A stretch of DNA of 64,000 nt from Gammaproteobacteria bacterium (lineage in GTDB: Bacteria; Pseudomonadota; Gammaproteobacteria; UBA4575): NCBI GenBank assembly GCA_028279275.1, contig JANQOB010000012.1, positions 20,203 through 84,202 on the forward strand, in the 5' to 3' direction. Under the pieces are notes generated by a model. The model was given only the letters and a program-made list of their open reading frames with translations. It did no database searches and was not told the DNA's origin. A program made the position numbers and the translations under genes. Within the stretch, counting starts at the first letter, position 1. Every line of letters starts with the position of its first letter. Of the stretch, positions 1 through 9,879 are shown piece by piece.

Positions 1-2
1 TT

Positions 3-815
3 AAAGATGTGTTGATCATCGATACAGCTGGGCGATTACATATCGATGAAGAAATGATGCAAGAAATTATTTCACTACACCAGACAGTTCAGCCGGCAGA
101 AACCTTATTTGTTGTAGACAGTATGAGTGGACAAGATGCGGCGAACTCAGCAAAGGCATTTAATGAAGCATTACCGCTCACGGGTGTGATACTGACTAAG
201 ACAGATGGTGATGCGCGTGGGGGCGCGGCGTTATCGGTACGTCACATTACCGGAAAGCCTATTAAATTCTTAGGTACAGGAGAAAAAGCTACTGCATTAG
301 AACCGTTCCATCCTGATCGCGTGGCCTCCCGAATACTGGGAATGGGTGACGTGGTTAGCTTGGTAGAAGAAGTTGAACAAAAAGTTGATAAGCAAAAAGC
401 ACAAAAACTTGCCAGGAAAATTAAAAAAGGTAAAAGCTTCAATATGCTCGATCTAAAAAGTCAGTTAGAGCAGATGATGAATATGGGGGGCTTAGCCGGG
501 ATTATGGATAAAATTCCTGGTGCTGCTGGAATGCCAAAAAATGTTCCAGGGATGGGAGATGACAAAGCGATTCATCAAATGATTGCGATTATTAATTCCA
601 TGACACCCCATGAGCGTCGTTTCCCGGATGTGATAAAAAATACTCGTAAACGCCGTATCGCGGCGGGCTCTGGTACCCAGGTGCAGGATGTGAATCGACT
701 ACTAAAACAGCATTTGCAGATGAAAAAAATGATGAAGAAATTCTCCAAGAAAGGCGGTATGCAGAGAATGATGCAGGGTCTGAAGGGTGGTGGCCTGCCA
801 CCTGGGTTTGGTTAG
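3..815 (+). CDS. ffh: Signal recognition particle protein Ffh, 5'-truncated by the window edge
   Basis: DTAGR and TKTDGDARGG SRP-GTPase motifs plus Met-rich M domain; frame is open to the window start. Confidence 0.97.
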   Translation, partial: KDVLIIDTAGRLHIDEEMMQEIISLHQTVQPAETLFVVDSMSGQDAANSAKAFNEALPLTGVILTKTDGDARGGAALSVRHITGKPIKFLGTGEKATALEPFHPDRVASRILGMGDVVSLVEEVEQKVDKQKAQKLARKIKKGKSFNMLDLKSQLEQMMNMGGLAGIMDKIPGAAGMPKNVPGMGDDKAIHQMIAIINSMTPHERRFPDVIKNTRKRRIAAGSGTQVQDVNRLLKQHLQMKKMMKKFSKKGGMQRMMQGLKGGGLPPGFG

Positions 816-943
816 GAGCCTATTTTTTCGCACATATCTCTTTATCCCTCGCCTAGAAACTCTATGCCAGCTTTATTTTTGAGCAAATTTACGTACAATG
901 CCCTGCTCGATTTTAGCTATTCATTTACAAGTATTAGAAACAT

Positions 944-1195
944 ATGGTCACCATTCGATTAGCCAGAGGCGGAGCCAAAAAACGCCCTTTCTACCACATC
1001 GTTGTAACGGATTCTCGTAAACGACGTGATAGTAGCTACATCGAGCGTATTGGATATTACAATCCTCGCGCTACGGGTGAAGAAGTAAGACTGAATATTG
1101 AAATGGATAGGTTCGATCACTGGTGTGGGCATGGTGCTCAACCATCGGAGCGTGTTGCATCACTCGTAAAGCAGCACCAAAAACAAGCTGCCTGA
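944..1195 (+). CDS. rpsP: 30S ribosomal protein S16
   Basis: [25 protein letters not shown]; canonical ffh-rpsP-rimM-trmD-rplS order. Confidence 0.98.
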   Translation: MVTIRLARGGAKKRPFYHIVVTDSRKRRDSSYIERIGYYNPRATGEEVRLNIEMDRFDHWCGHGAQPSERVASLVKQHQKQAA

Positions 1196-1231
1196 TTAGA
1201 CTAAGCTTCTGCCCAAGCTTGGGCCAAAATC

Positions 1232-1753
1232 TTGGTTCAAGATTCCTACATCCACGTTGGCCAAATACAAGGTGTATTTGGTATCAAAGGTTGGCTAAAA
1301 ATTTTTTCTCATTGTCGCCCTAAAGAACAAATTTTCGAGTACCTAAATTGGCAATTACGTGCACCTAAAGGTGTTGATACTTACGAGTTACAGGAAGCTA
1401 AGCCACATGGTAGTGGCTTGATTGCTAAGCTTAAGTATGTAGATGATCGTACTCATGCCGAAACCTTAAAAGGTGCAGAAATTTGGGTCGCTAAATCAGA
1501 ACTGGTAGAGCTTAAAGAAGATGAGCACTATTGGTTTGAGTTGGAGGGCTTAAAAGTAATAAATGAATCAGGCGAATACTTGGGTCATATAAAAAAATTG
1601 ATGGAAACAGGGGCCAATGATGTATTGGTTGTATCGAATGAAACTGATCAAACAGAGATTCTAATTCCTTATATTAAAGATCAAGTAATCAAACACGTAG
1701 ACTTAGAACAAAATACCATAACGGTTGACTGGCTAAGGGACTATTCATTATGA
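1232..1753 (+). CDS. rimM: Ribosome maturation factor RimM (TTG start)
   Basis: VGQIQGVFGIKGWLKI, ETGANDVLVV, LIPY motifs; operon position. Confidence 0.96.
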   Translation: MVQDSYIHVGQIQGVFGIKGWLKIFSHCRPKEQIFEYLNWQLRAPKGVDTYELQEAKPHGSGLIAKLKYVDDRTHAETLKGAEIWVAKSELVELKEDEHYWFELEGLKVINESGEYLGHIKKLMETGANDVLVVSNETDQTEILIPYIKDQVIKHVDLEQNTITVDWLRDYSL

Positions 1754-2487
1754 AATTTAGTGTGATCACGCTATTTCCAGAATTGGTTCTTAATTTATCT
1801 AAGTATGGTGTGGTAGGACGCGCCATCGAGGAAAAATTAGCAGATTTGGAAGTCTTTAATCCCCGAAATTATTCTGATGACCCAAATCGTCGCATAGACG
1901 ATCGTCCCTATGGCGGCGGCCCGGGCATGGTGATGCAATTTGAGCCCTTGCAGAAAGCGATACGGCATGCCAAGGGACAAACTACAAACACTCGAGTTAT
2001 ATATTTGTCTGCACAAGGAAAGCCTATTGGGCATTCAGATATAGGCCGACTAAGCTCTTATGATTCACTGATCTTATTGGCAGGGCGCTATGAAGGGGTA
2101 GATGAGCGTGTCATAGAAGCGGAGGTGGATGAGGAGATTTCAATTGGAGATATTGTCGTAAGTGGCGGTGAATTGCCTACAATGATGTTAATCGATGCCT
2201 TAATTCGTCATATTCCAGGTGCATTGGGGCATGAGGAATCTGCAAACCAAGATTCCTTTGTTGACGGACTACTCGATTGCCCTCATTATACGCGCCCGGA
2301 AAGTATCCAGGGTCTCAGTGTGCCAAAGGTATTATTGGGGGGTGATCATCAAGCCATACAGAAATGGCGCGAGAAAGAATCACTTGGCCGTACTTTCCAG
2401 CGTAGGCCTGAGTTACTAGAGAAACTAAATCTCAGTGATGAACAAAAGGCCTTGCTAGAGGAATATATACAAGAGCAGCTAGATTAA
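1750..2487 (+). CDS. trmD: tRNA (guanine37-N1)-methyltransferase
   Basis: [27 protein letters not shown] motifs. Confidence 0.98.
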   Translation: MKFSVITLFPELVLNLSKYGVVGRAIEEKLADLEVFNPRNYSDDPNRRIDDRPYGGGPGMVMQFEPLQKAIRHAKGQTTNTRVIYLSAQGKPIGHSDIGRLSSYDSLILLAGRYEGVDERVIEAEVDEEISIGDIVVSGGELPTMMLIDALIRHIPGALGHEESANQDSFVDGLLDCPHYTRPESIQGLSVPKVLLGGDHQAIQKWREKESLGRTFQRRPELLEKLNLSDEQKALLEEYIQEQLD

Positions 2488-2501
2488 AGTACGTTACGAA
2501 T

Positions 2502-2846
2502 ATGTCGAATATCATCCAAGAAATAAACCAACAACAGCTTAAAAAGGATCTGCCAGATTTCAGCCCTGGGGATACGGTAGTGGTGCAGGTAAAAGTAAAA
2601 GAAGGTAATCGTGAGAGATTACAAGCCTTTGAAGGTGTTGTGATTGCCAAGCGCAATCGAGGCTTAAATTCAGCCTTCACGGTTAGAAAGCTTTCCCATG
2701 GTGAAGGTGTGGAAAGAGTATTTCAAACACATAGTCCATTAATTGATAGTATAAAAGTGAAACGTAAAGGCGATGTGCGTCGCGCTAAACTTTATTACTT
2801 ACGAGGACGCACAGGTAAGGCGGCAAGAATCAAAGAGAAAGTCTAA
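2502..2846 (+). CDS. rplS: 50S ribosomal protein L19
   Basis: [25 protein letters not shown]. Confidence 0.98.
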   Translation: MSNIIQEINQQQLKKDLPDFSPGDTVVVQVKVKEGNRERLQAFEGVVIAKRNRGLNSAFTVRKLSHGEGVERVFQTHSPLIDSIKVKRKGDVRRAKLYYLRGRTGKAARIKEKV

Positions 2847-2872
2847 ACCCGATCTCAACGAATTCAAAACCA

Positions 2873-2901
2873 ACGCCTCGTTAATCGAGGCGTGTTTGTT
2901 T
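2873..2901 (+). terminator. Rho-independent terminator of the rpsP-rplS operon
   Basis: Stem ACGCCTCG-ttaat-CGAGGCGT followed by a T-rich tract. Confidence 0.75.
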
Positions 2902-2960
2902 AGATTTTTTAAAATAATCTAGACGAGGATCCTCAAGATAAACAAGGTACAATTCCATAT

Positions 2961-3422
2961 ATGAAGCAAATAATCATAAATGTACCCATAGGGAAAATAG
3001 CGGTTAGCTACGAAGACGATTTTGTAACTGAAGTGAAGCAAGTTGCATCACAGACACGGGCAGTAACAAATAAAGATCCTTTTGCGAAAGAAATTCAAAA
3101 ACAATTTAAAGCCTATTTTTCTGGAGAGCTACATGATTTTAATTTACCGTTCTTGTTTAAACAGGGAACGGATTATCAGCTTAAAGTTTGGGATCAAATA
3201 AGAAAAATCTCATTTGGTAAAACCAAAACATATGGGGAAATAGCAAAAAAAATTAAGTCCGGTCCACGTGCTGTGGGTAATGCATGTCGACGCAATCAGT
3301 TGTTGTTATTGGTTCCTTGTCATCGTGTGGTGGGTGCAACAGGTTTAGGGGGATTTATGGGTGATGCGGATGGTAGTTTGGTTCGCAGAAAACAATGGTT
3401 GTTAGATCACGAGCAAGCGTAA
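2961..3422 (+). CDS. ogt: Methylated-DNA-protein-cysteine methyltransferase (Ogt-like)
   Basis: TYGEIA, RAVGNA and PCHRV active-site motif. Confidence 0.9.
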   Translation: MKQIIINVPIGKIAVSYEDDFVTEVKQVASQTRAVTNKDPFAKEIQKQFKAYFSGELHDFNLPFLFKQGTDYQLKVWDQIRKISFGKTKTYGEIAKKIKSGPRAVGNACRRNQLLLLVPCHRVVGATGLGGFMGDADGSLVRRKQWLLDHEQA

Positions 3423-3430
3423 AACATTTT

Positions 3431-3472
3431 ATGCATATTCATTACCTAAAGCATGAGTTGCATTGGTGTTGA
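3431..3472 (+). other. 13-codon upstream mini-ORF (MHIHYLKHELHWC) that repeats the N-terminus of the next gene
   Basis: ATG CAT ATT CAT TAC CTA AAG CAT vs ATG CGC ATT CAT TAT CTT AAA CAT at 3479; translation not demonstrated. Confidence 0.4.
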
Positions 3473-3478
3473 GAAAAA

Positions 3479-4180
3479 ATGCGCATTCATTATCTTAAAC
3501 ATGTCTCTTTTGAAGGTTTGGGTTCTATGGAGAACATGTTTATTGAGCGAGGTTATGATCTATCACGCACCTGTATGTATGAAGACCAATCATTGCCTTC
3601 TATTCATGACATTGATGCGCTGATCATAATGGGCGGACCGATGGGTGTGAATGATGATGATAGCTATCCATGGCTTACCTTGGAAAAAGAATTTATCGAA
3701 TCCGTCATCAAACTCGAAGTTCCCGTATTTGGCGTATGTTTGGGCGCACAACTTATTGCAAATGTATTAGGTGCTCAAGTTACAAAAAATGTACATGAAG
3801 AAATTGGTTGGTTTCCGGTGAATCGTACTAAAGGGCTTATGGACGCAAGAGTGGAAAATCTTCCTACTCGTTTTGATGCACTACATTGGCACGGAGATAC
3901 GTTTGATATACCAGATGGTGCGAGTAATTTTCTTACCAGCGACGGCTGCGCAAATCAGGGTTTTGCCTATGGTGACTCAACACTAGCACTGCAGTTTCAT
4001 TTAGAAATGTTGCCAAGCAATGTAGAAGCAATCTATCAAGAATGTGGCTCCGCTGATAAGAGCGGCCAGTATATTCACGGTTTGGGTGAAATGCTTGCTC
4101 CGGCCGAGAAGTATCAAGAGGCTAATAATGTACTAAAAAACATCCTTGAAACCTTTGTTTTTCAAAAAATGCCCCAATAA
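3479..4180 (+). CDS. Type 1 (class I) glutamine amidotransferase-like protein
   Basis: MGGP, GVCLGAQL nucleophile elbow, WHGD and QFHLE (Cys-His-Glu triad). Confidence 0.9.
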   Translation: MRIHYLKHVSFEGLGSMENMFIERGYDLSRTCMYEDQSLPSIHDIDALIIMGGPMGVNDDDSYPWLTLEKEFIESVIKLEVPVFGVCLGAQLIANVLGAQVTKNVHEEIGWFPVNRTKGLMDARVENLPTRFDALHWHGDTFDIPDGASNFLTSDGCANQGFAYGDSTLALQFHLEMLPSNVEAIYQECGSADKSGQYIHGLGEMLAPAEKYQEANNVLKNILETFVFQKMPQ

Positions 4181-4197
4181 ACCACAGGAGATAAGTG

Positions 4198-4404
4198 ATG
4201 GAAGACAACAGCAGAAAAGATATCCGAGCACTATTAAAAACATTTGGAGTAAAAGCCGATGAAGCCATTGTGGGTCATCTGGCTAAAAATCCAGATGTTA
4301 AACAGTTATCGCTCAAGGTCACACTCGAGGATTTGACAGATTATGGATCTTCTTCTCCGAATGGTGAATTGTCTTTTGTTGTAGATGGTCAAATAAATCG
4401 TTAA
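4198..4404 (+). CDS. Small hypothetical protein (68 aa), possibly DUF6494-like
   Basis: AGGAG RBS before ATG; tightly packed between the GATase and htpG; family call is from memory only. Confidence 0.7.
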   Translation: MEDNSRKDIRALLKTFGVKADEAIVGHLAKNPDVKQLSLKVTLEDLTDYGSSSPNGELSFVVDGQINR

Positions 4405-4422
4405 TTAGTTTATTAAGAAGTT

Positions 4423-6339
4423 ATGAGCACGAAGACGGATAAAAATAACAAAAAGGAAGATGCGAAGGAAACTTTGCAGTTTGAAACAGAAGTAGCACAA
4501 CTTCTGCATCTAATGATTCATTCTCTTTATTCGAATAAAGAGATATTTTTACGTGAGTTAATTTCGAATGCTTCAGATGCATGTGACAAATTACGCTTTG
4601 AAGCAATTTCAAACGATTCACTGCTGAGTGATGATTCAGAACTCAAAATTCAAGTAGAGTTTGATAAAGATGATAGGACTGTAACCATTCGTGACAATGG
4701 TGTCGGGATGAGCCGTGATGAAGTTATTAATAATATCGGCACGATTGCAAAATCAGGAACAAAAGAATTTTTATCACAACTCACAGGGGATCAAAGCAAA
4801 GACTCACACTTAATTGGTCAATTCGGAGTAGGGTTTTATTCTGCTTTTATTGTCGCAGATAAGGTCACACTAAAAACCCTTCGTGCAGGGCTTGAAAAAG
4901 ATCAAGCCGTGCAATGGGAATCCGAAGGGACAGGTTCTTACACGTTAGAAAATATTGAAAAAGCAAAGCGTGGAACGGAAGTGACCTTGCATCTAAAAAA
5001 GGATGAGGATGATTTATTAACGAGTTGGCGATTGCGTTCAATTATTACCAAGTACTCTGATCATGTGCCTTTGCCGATTGAAATGCGTGAGGAGAACGAC
5101 GAAGGTGAGGCCACTGCAAAATGGGAAACTATTAATAAAGCATCTGCCTTATGGGCACGACCGAAAACAGAAATTTCAGAAGATGAATATAAAGAATTTT
5201 ATAAACACGTAGGACATGATTTTGCTGATCCATTGCTATGGACGCATAATCGAGTTGAAGGTAAAACGGAATATACATCGCTTTTATATATTCCTTCACA
5301 AGCGCCATTTGATTTATTTGATCAAAATCCTAAACATGGTGTGAAGCTCTATGTACAACGCGTCTTTATAATGGATGATGCGGAAAAATTACTACCAAGA
5401 TATTTACGTTTTGTACGCGGTGTAATCGACTCGAATGATTTGCCACTCAATATTTCGCGTGAAATTCTGCAAAGCAATAAAGTCATCGACAATATTCGCT
5501 CGGGTTCGGTTAAAAAAGTATTGGGCCTGTTGGAAAAACTTGCAAAAAATGAAACCGATAAATATCAAGAATTTTGGAATGTATTTGGTAATGTCTTAAA
5601 AGAGGGCCCTGGCGAAGACTTTGCCAATAAAGAAAAAATTGCCAAGCTAATGCGATTTGCGTCAACACACCAGGAAAGTGATGTGCAAAACGTTTCGCTG
5701 GATGATTACATAGCACGTATGAAACCTGAGCAAGAAAAAATCTACTACATCACAGCAGATAACTATGCGGCTGCCAAAAACAGCCCGCACTTGGAAATTT
5801 TCAAAGATAAAGGCATCGAGGTGCTATTGTTATTTGATCGAGTAGATGAATGGCTCATGAGTCATTTAACCGAATATGAAGAAAAATCTTTTGCTTCGGT
5901 TGCAAAAGGTGAACTCGATCTTGATAAATTAGGCACTGAAGAAGATAAAGAGAAACGTAAAAAAGCTGAAAAAGAGGCCGAGGGATTAATTAAACGCATT
6001 AAAGGAGTCCTAGAGGATAAAGTTGAAGATGTTCGAGTTTCTCATCGATTAACTAATTCTCCGGCATGCATCGTTCTAAGTGAGCATGATATGGCGTTGT
6101 ACATGCAACACTTAATGAAACAAGCCGGGCATGAAATGCCATCCACCAAACCTGTTTTAGAAATTAATCCAACCCATGCTTTGGTACAGAGAATGGAAAA
6201 CGAGCAAGCAGAAGATCGTTTCGAAGATTGGGCTAAGATTTTATTTGATCAGGCGATACTTGCTGAAGGTGGGCAGCTTGAAGATCCTGCGACATTTGTG
6301 AATAGGTTAAATCAAATGATCAATGAGCTCGCCCAATAA
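4423..6339 (+). CDS. htpG: Chaperone HtpG (Hsp90)
   Basis: [28 protein letters not shown]. Confidence 0.98.
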   Translation: MSTKTDKNNKKEDAKETLQFETEVAQLLHLMIHSLYSNKEIFLRELISNASDACDKLRFEAISNDSLLSDDSELKIQVEFDKDDRTVTIRDNGVGMSRDEVINNIGTIAKSGTKEFLSQLTGDQSKDSHLIGQFGVGFYSAFIVADKVTLKTLRAGLEKDQAVQWESEGTGSYTLENIEKAKRGTEVTLHLKKDEDDLLTSWRLRSIITKYSDHVPLPIEMREENDEGEATAKWETINKASALWARPKTEISEDEYKEFYKHVGHDFADPLLWTHNRVEGKTEYTSLLYIPSQAPFDLFDQNPKHGVKLYVQRVFIMDDAEKLLPRYLRFVRGVIDSNDLPLNISREILQSNKVIDNIRSGSVKKVLGLLEKLAKNETDKYQEFWNVFGNVLKEGPGEDFANKEKIAKLMRFASTHQESDVQNVSLDDYIARMKPEQEKIYYITADNYAAAKNSPHLEIFKDKGIEVLLLFDRVDEWLMSHLTEYEEKSFASVAKGELDLDKLGTEEDKEKRKKAEKEAEGLIKRIKGVLEDKVEDVRVSHRLTNSPACIVLSEHDMALYMQHLMKQAGHEMPSTKPVLEINPTHALVQRMENEQAEDRFEDWAKILFDQAILAEGGQLEDPATFVNRLNQMINELAQ

Positions 6340-6781
6340 AAATATAAAAGACAAAAAACCATTCTGGCAAATAAAAACCCTTGCGGAGATGTCCCAAGAA
6401 GAATGGGAATCCCTCTGCGATGGTTGTGGTAAGTGCTGCTTAATAAAATTAGAAGACGCGGACACAAAAGAACTATTTTATACAGACGTAGCATGCCATC
6501 TTCTGGACCACGACACTTGTCAATGTAAAGATTACTCCAATCGTAAAAAGTTGGTTGAGGACTGCTTGCAGCTAGAAGCGGATGATGTTGAAGATTTTAA
6601 ATGGTTACCACAAAGCTGTGCTTATCGTTTATTGTATGAAGGTAAAGAATTGCCTGACTGGCATTATTTAATTTCTGGCGATAGGCAAACAATCCATCAG
6701 CAGAAAATGTCTGTGCAGAATCGTATTGTGAATGAAACAGAAGTGATGGAAGTGGCCGAACATATTGTTTATTGGGTTTAG
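6323..6781 (+). CDS. ycgN: YcgN family cysteine cluster protein
   Basis: [14 protein letters not shown], WLPxSCAYR. Confidence 0.9.
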   Translation: MSSPNKNIKDKKPFWQIKTLAEMSQEEWESLCDGCGKCCLIKLEDADTKELFYTDVACHLLDHDTCQCKDYSNRKKLVEDCLQLEADDVEDFKWLPQSCAYRLLYEGKELPDWHYLISGDRQTIHQQKMSVQNRIVNETEVMEVAEHIVYWV

Positions 6782-6788
6782 CCGCTAA

Positions 6789-7445
6789 TTAAACAATACT
6801 TGCCAAATATCCGTTCTGCCCTTTTATTTTGTTTGTGTAGTGTAATTTGAAATCTTCCACAATAGATTTTTGTACAGCTTCTAAGTTTAGTAAGTTATCT
6901 CTCCATCTTTTTAGTTTGGGGAAATTATTCCAATCTAATAGATTCAACTTTTCATTCATAAAATCTAAACGGATAAGTAAAGGCGCATAAGCAGCATCTA
7001 TGAGTGACAGTTCTTCACCATTAAAAAATGTTGAGTCATTTAAAATATCTTCTACTCTTTGTAAACGAGTCACACATTCACCCATTTGTCCTTTCATGTC
7101 TTTTTCATCTTTATGATTCGCGATTAAAAATAAATCTGCTAAACAGGTTCCTCCATATTCAATCCAGGCTCGATTCTTAGCAAGGGTGAGTGGATCAGAT
7201 GGTTTGAGTGAGCCAGGAGTAACATCGTCAATAAATTCATTTATAACGGCAGATTCAAATAGAACATCTTTATCATCCACTTTTAAGACCGGTACTTTAC
7301 CTAGCGGAGAGATTTCTAAAAACCAGTCTGGCGGATTTAATAAATCAATAAACGTAATATCATACTCACAATTTTTGTGGTTTAGTGTGATCACACTACG
7401 CTGTACAAAAGGGCAAACATTGAAGCTGATAAGTTCTAATTTCAT
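6789..7445 (-). CDS. Glutathione S-transferase family protein
   Basis: CPFVQR, PLGKVPVL, FESAVINEF. Confidence 0.92.
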   Translation of the reverse strand: MKLELISFNVCPFVQRSVITLNHKNCEYDITFIDLLNPPDWFLEISPLGKVPVLKVDDKDVLFESAVINEFIDDVTPGSLKPSDPLTLAKNRAWIEYGGTCLADLFLIANHKDEKDMKGQMGECVTRLQRVEDILNDSTFFNGEELSLIDAAYAPLLIRLDFMNEKLNLLDWNNFPKLKRWRDNLLNLEAVQKSIVEDFKLHYTNKIKGQNGYLASIV

Positions 7446-7502
7446 GGTAGAAGTAGCTTATATTTGAATCACTGTATTATACGTAAGAGTGTAAGAGATC
7501 CC

Positions 7503-7895
7503 ATGTCAGAATCACAAAAAATTCGTATAGATAAATGGCTTTGGGCTGCACGTTTTTACAAAACACGTGCACTGGCATCTAAAGCTGTGGATGGCGGAAA
7601 GGTGCATGTGAATGGCCAGCGAGTAAAGTCCTCGCGACCTATTCAAGTGGGGAATCGTATAGAAATCACGCGCGCGCAAACGCAGTTCGTGATTGATGTT
7701 ACAGCTCTCAGTGAAAAACGAGGTCCCGCAAAAGAAGCACAGTTTTTATACAAAGAAACTCAAGCAAGTATCGAGCAAAGAGAGCTTCAGTCTCAACAAA
7801 GAAAAATCATGAATTCCAGCCTACCTAAATCGAAAGGTAAACCTGACAAACATCAACGTCGCCAAATTCGCAAAGCGAGTGGCAAGTTAAATTAG
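7503..7895 (+). CDS. hslR: Ribosome-associated heat shock protein Hsp15 (S4 domain)
   Basis: RIDKWLWAARFYKTR, KPDKHQRR; ATG at 7503 preferred over the upstream TTG. Confidence 0.92.
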   Translation: MSESQKIRIDKWLWAARFYKTRALASKAVDGGKVHVNGQRVKSSRPIQVGNRIEITRAQTQFVIDVTALSEKRGPAKEAQFLYKETQASIEQRELQSQQRKIMNSSLPKSKGKPDKHQRRQIRKASGKLN

Positions 7896-7943
7896 TAAAA
7901 TCAATAATTAATTAGATTTTCTGAAATGAAGATCAGGCTGGGT

Positions 7944-8750
7944 TTATTGATTGATTTTGAATGAGATGACGGATTTTGAATCGTTGTCTACAGGTTTGCC
8001 CATGCTCATGACTCCGCTTGTAATAAGAGTCTGTTCGTTTTTGGAGACGTGAATTTTTTGGCCGTTATCAAATTTAATGTAAGTTCCATTAAAACTATTA
8101 TCGGCTAAAAAGAATTTACCTTCTTTAAACGTAATTTTGGCATGTGCGCGTGACACAAATTTGCCTTGAACAACAATGTCGCAGCTTGGGTCACGTCCCA
8201 CCTGACAGCTTTCTTTTTCTCCTGTGACAACATGCTTTTTGCCTTTTAAAGAGAGCTCAATAGAAGCTTCTGGTTCACTTTTATCTATTGAAAGATCTGG
8301 CTCAGGTAATTCATCTTCAGGTGCAATATGAATTTCTGCAGATTCATCCATTTCTGCAATATCTTCGATTTTATTATTTTTAACAGCGTCTATATTTGTA
8401 GCATCTAAAATTTCATCTTCTAAATCTTTTATAGAAGATACGATATTAGATGATGCAGGCTCGTCATCTTTAAGGGCTTCTTCCAGTTCTCGTGCCCTTG
8501 TATCACTTATATCAATGGATGTGTTGCTGGGTTGTTTATTATCAGCAGAAACTGGAGTGGAAGTTGAATTTTCTTCTTGAGCTTCTTCCTCATCTACAGC
8601 ATTACGTCGGTCGACTTTTCTGCGGCGACTTTTAGTCACCAATACACCATCACTATCAATGAATGGATAGGTGACTTTGCGGCCCCAACGGCGGCGTTCA
8701 TTTTTTCTGCGCTCTTTCATGAAACAGGAGGATATACGTATAAACCCCAA
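7944..8750 (-). CDS. FHA-domain protein with N-terminal [ED]RR module and acidic linker
   Basis: GRDPSCD...VSRAHA...DNSFNGTY FHA motifs; start uncertain (TTG 8750 or ATG 8720). Confidence 0.85.
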   Translation of the reverse strand: MGFIRISSCFMKERRKNERRRWGRKVTYPFIDSDGVLVTKSRRRKVDRRNAVDEEEAQEENSTSTPVSADNKQPSNTSIDISDTRARELEEALKDDEPASSNIVSSIKDLEDEILDATNIDAVKNNKIEDIAEMDESAEIHIAPEDELPEPDLSIDKSEPEASIELSLKGKKHVVTGEKESCQVGRDPSCDIVVQGKFVSRAHAKITFKEGKFFLADNSFNGTYIKFDNGQKIHVSKNEQTLITSGVMSMGKPVDNDSKSVISFKINQ

Positions 8751-8873
8751 AGTATGCGGAAATAGCTAACACTTTGAATAGCTTAAGACTATTCTACAGC
8801 CAGGTGGTAGAAACCGGCCGATTAATGTATCTAGAATCCTACTCGTTTTGGTTGTGAGTGAAGCTCAGATTGA

Positions 8874-9389
8874 TTACGGGCAGAAGTAGTGGATGACGTC
8901 TTTTTCTACGTATTCGATTGGGGTGCCGAGGCTGATAATCCCACTGCCGTGCAATTCCATTTTTTCACCCATTAAAAACATTTCACCTTCATCGTTTTTA
9001 ATATAGGTGCCATTGGTGCTGTGGTCTGTGACATGAAATATGCCATTTTCGAAACTAAAGCGGGCATGTTGTCTAGATGTGTAACGATTTTGAATTATCA
9101 CACCACAAGTTTGTGCGCGTCCTACAATGATTTCTTCAGTGTCAGGAAACAATTCACAAACGTCGTCTTTGTGCCACAAGAATAACCGTGTTGCCTCTGT
9201 TTCCTCTTTATCAATATCAGACTTGGTATCGTTCTGAATTTCGATGTTGTTGATTCTTCGGTCAGGAATTCTTCGTCGGTCTTCACGGACTAAAGTTTGA
9301 TCGCTATCGAAAAATGGAAACGGTGGGCTTTCGCTAGACTTGCGACGATCTTCAAGAGTTCTTCTTTCGTTAATGAATTCCGTGCCCAT
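8874..9389 (-). CDS. FHA-domain protein with N-terminal [ED]RR module (paralogue of 7944-8750)
   Basis: GRAQTC...TSRQHA...DHSTNGTY FHA motifs. Confidence 0.87.
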   Translation of the reverse strand: MGTEFINERRTLEDRRKSSESPPFPFFDSDQTLVREDRRRIPDRRINNIEIQNDTKSDIDKEETEATRLFLWHKDDVCELFPDTEEIIVGRAQTCGVIIQNRYTSRQHARFSFENGIFHVTDHSTNGTYIKNDEGEMFLMGEKMELHGSGIISLGTPIEYVEKDVIHYFCP

Positions 9390-9879
9390 ATTTAATTAAA
9401 GTAAAGTATTTAATTACTCACGTCTAATTCGTGAGTGTTTAAGTAACACAGTGAAAGAGTGTTACGTTATGTAATGATCAGTAAAGACTGAGTCAGTTGT
9501 GGTGCCCAGATTTTAAACATGGCGTACCCATAGGTTGCAAGACCTAAGAATAACCATATTGCGAGTAAAAAAATTGGAGAAACTTGTTGTTCCTCGAAGC
9601 TGGGTGTACTTGCGTTATCTACAAGTTGTGTCATTTACATACCTCAAAGACTAGATGTTTGTACTCTAGATGCAAATTTTATCATGATGCTTGTTAAGTT
9701 GATATGAAGCTTTTGAATTTTTTATAGTTTTCATTTGTTAAGTTTTTTGTGTAATTTTATTGACTATAAAGAACAAAAAAGCGCCAAAAATTTAGGATAA
9801 TAAATAAAGATTTTAGATTTAGATGTTATGATAACTTAAAGAAAATATTGAATATTTATGCGCGAATAATTTTATTACA

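Noticed and set aside
4145-4177. Sigma-32 promoter for htpG (CTTGAAA...CCCCA)
   Set aside because: The spacer is about 20 nt, well beyond the usual 13-14.
8726-8731. Perfect AGGAGG on the plus strand suggesting an antisense gene
   Set aside because: No start codon at suitable spacing; it falls within the probable 5' coding part of the FHA gene.
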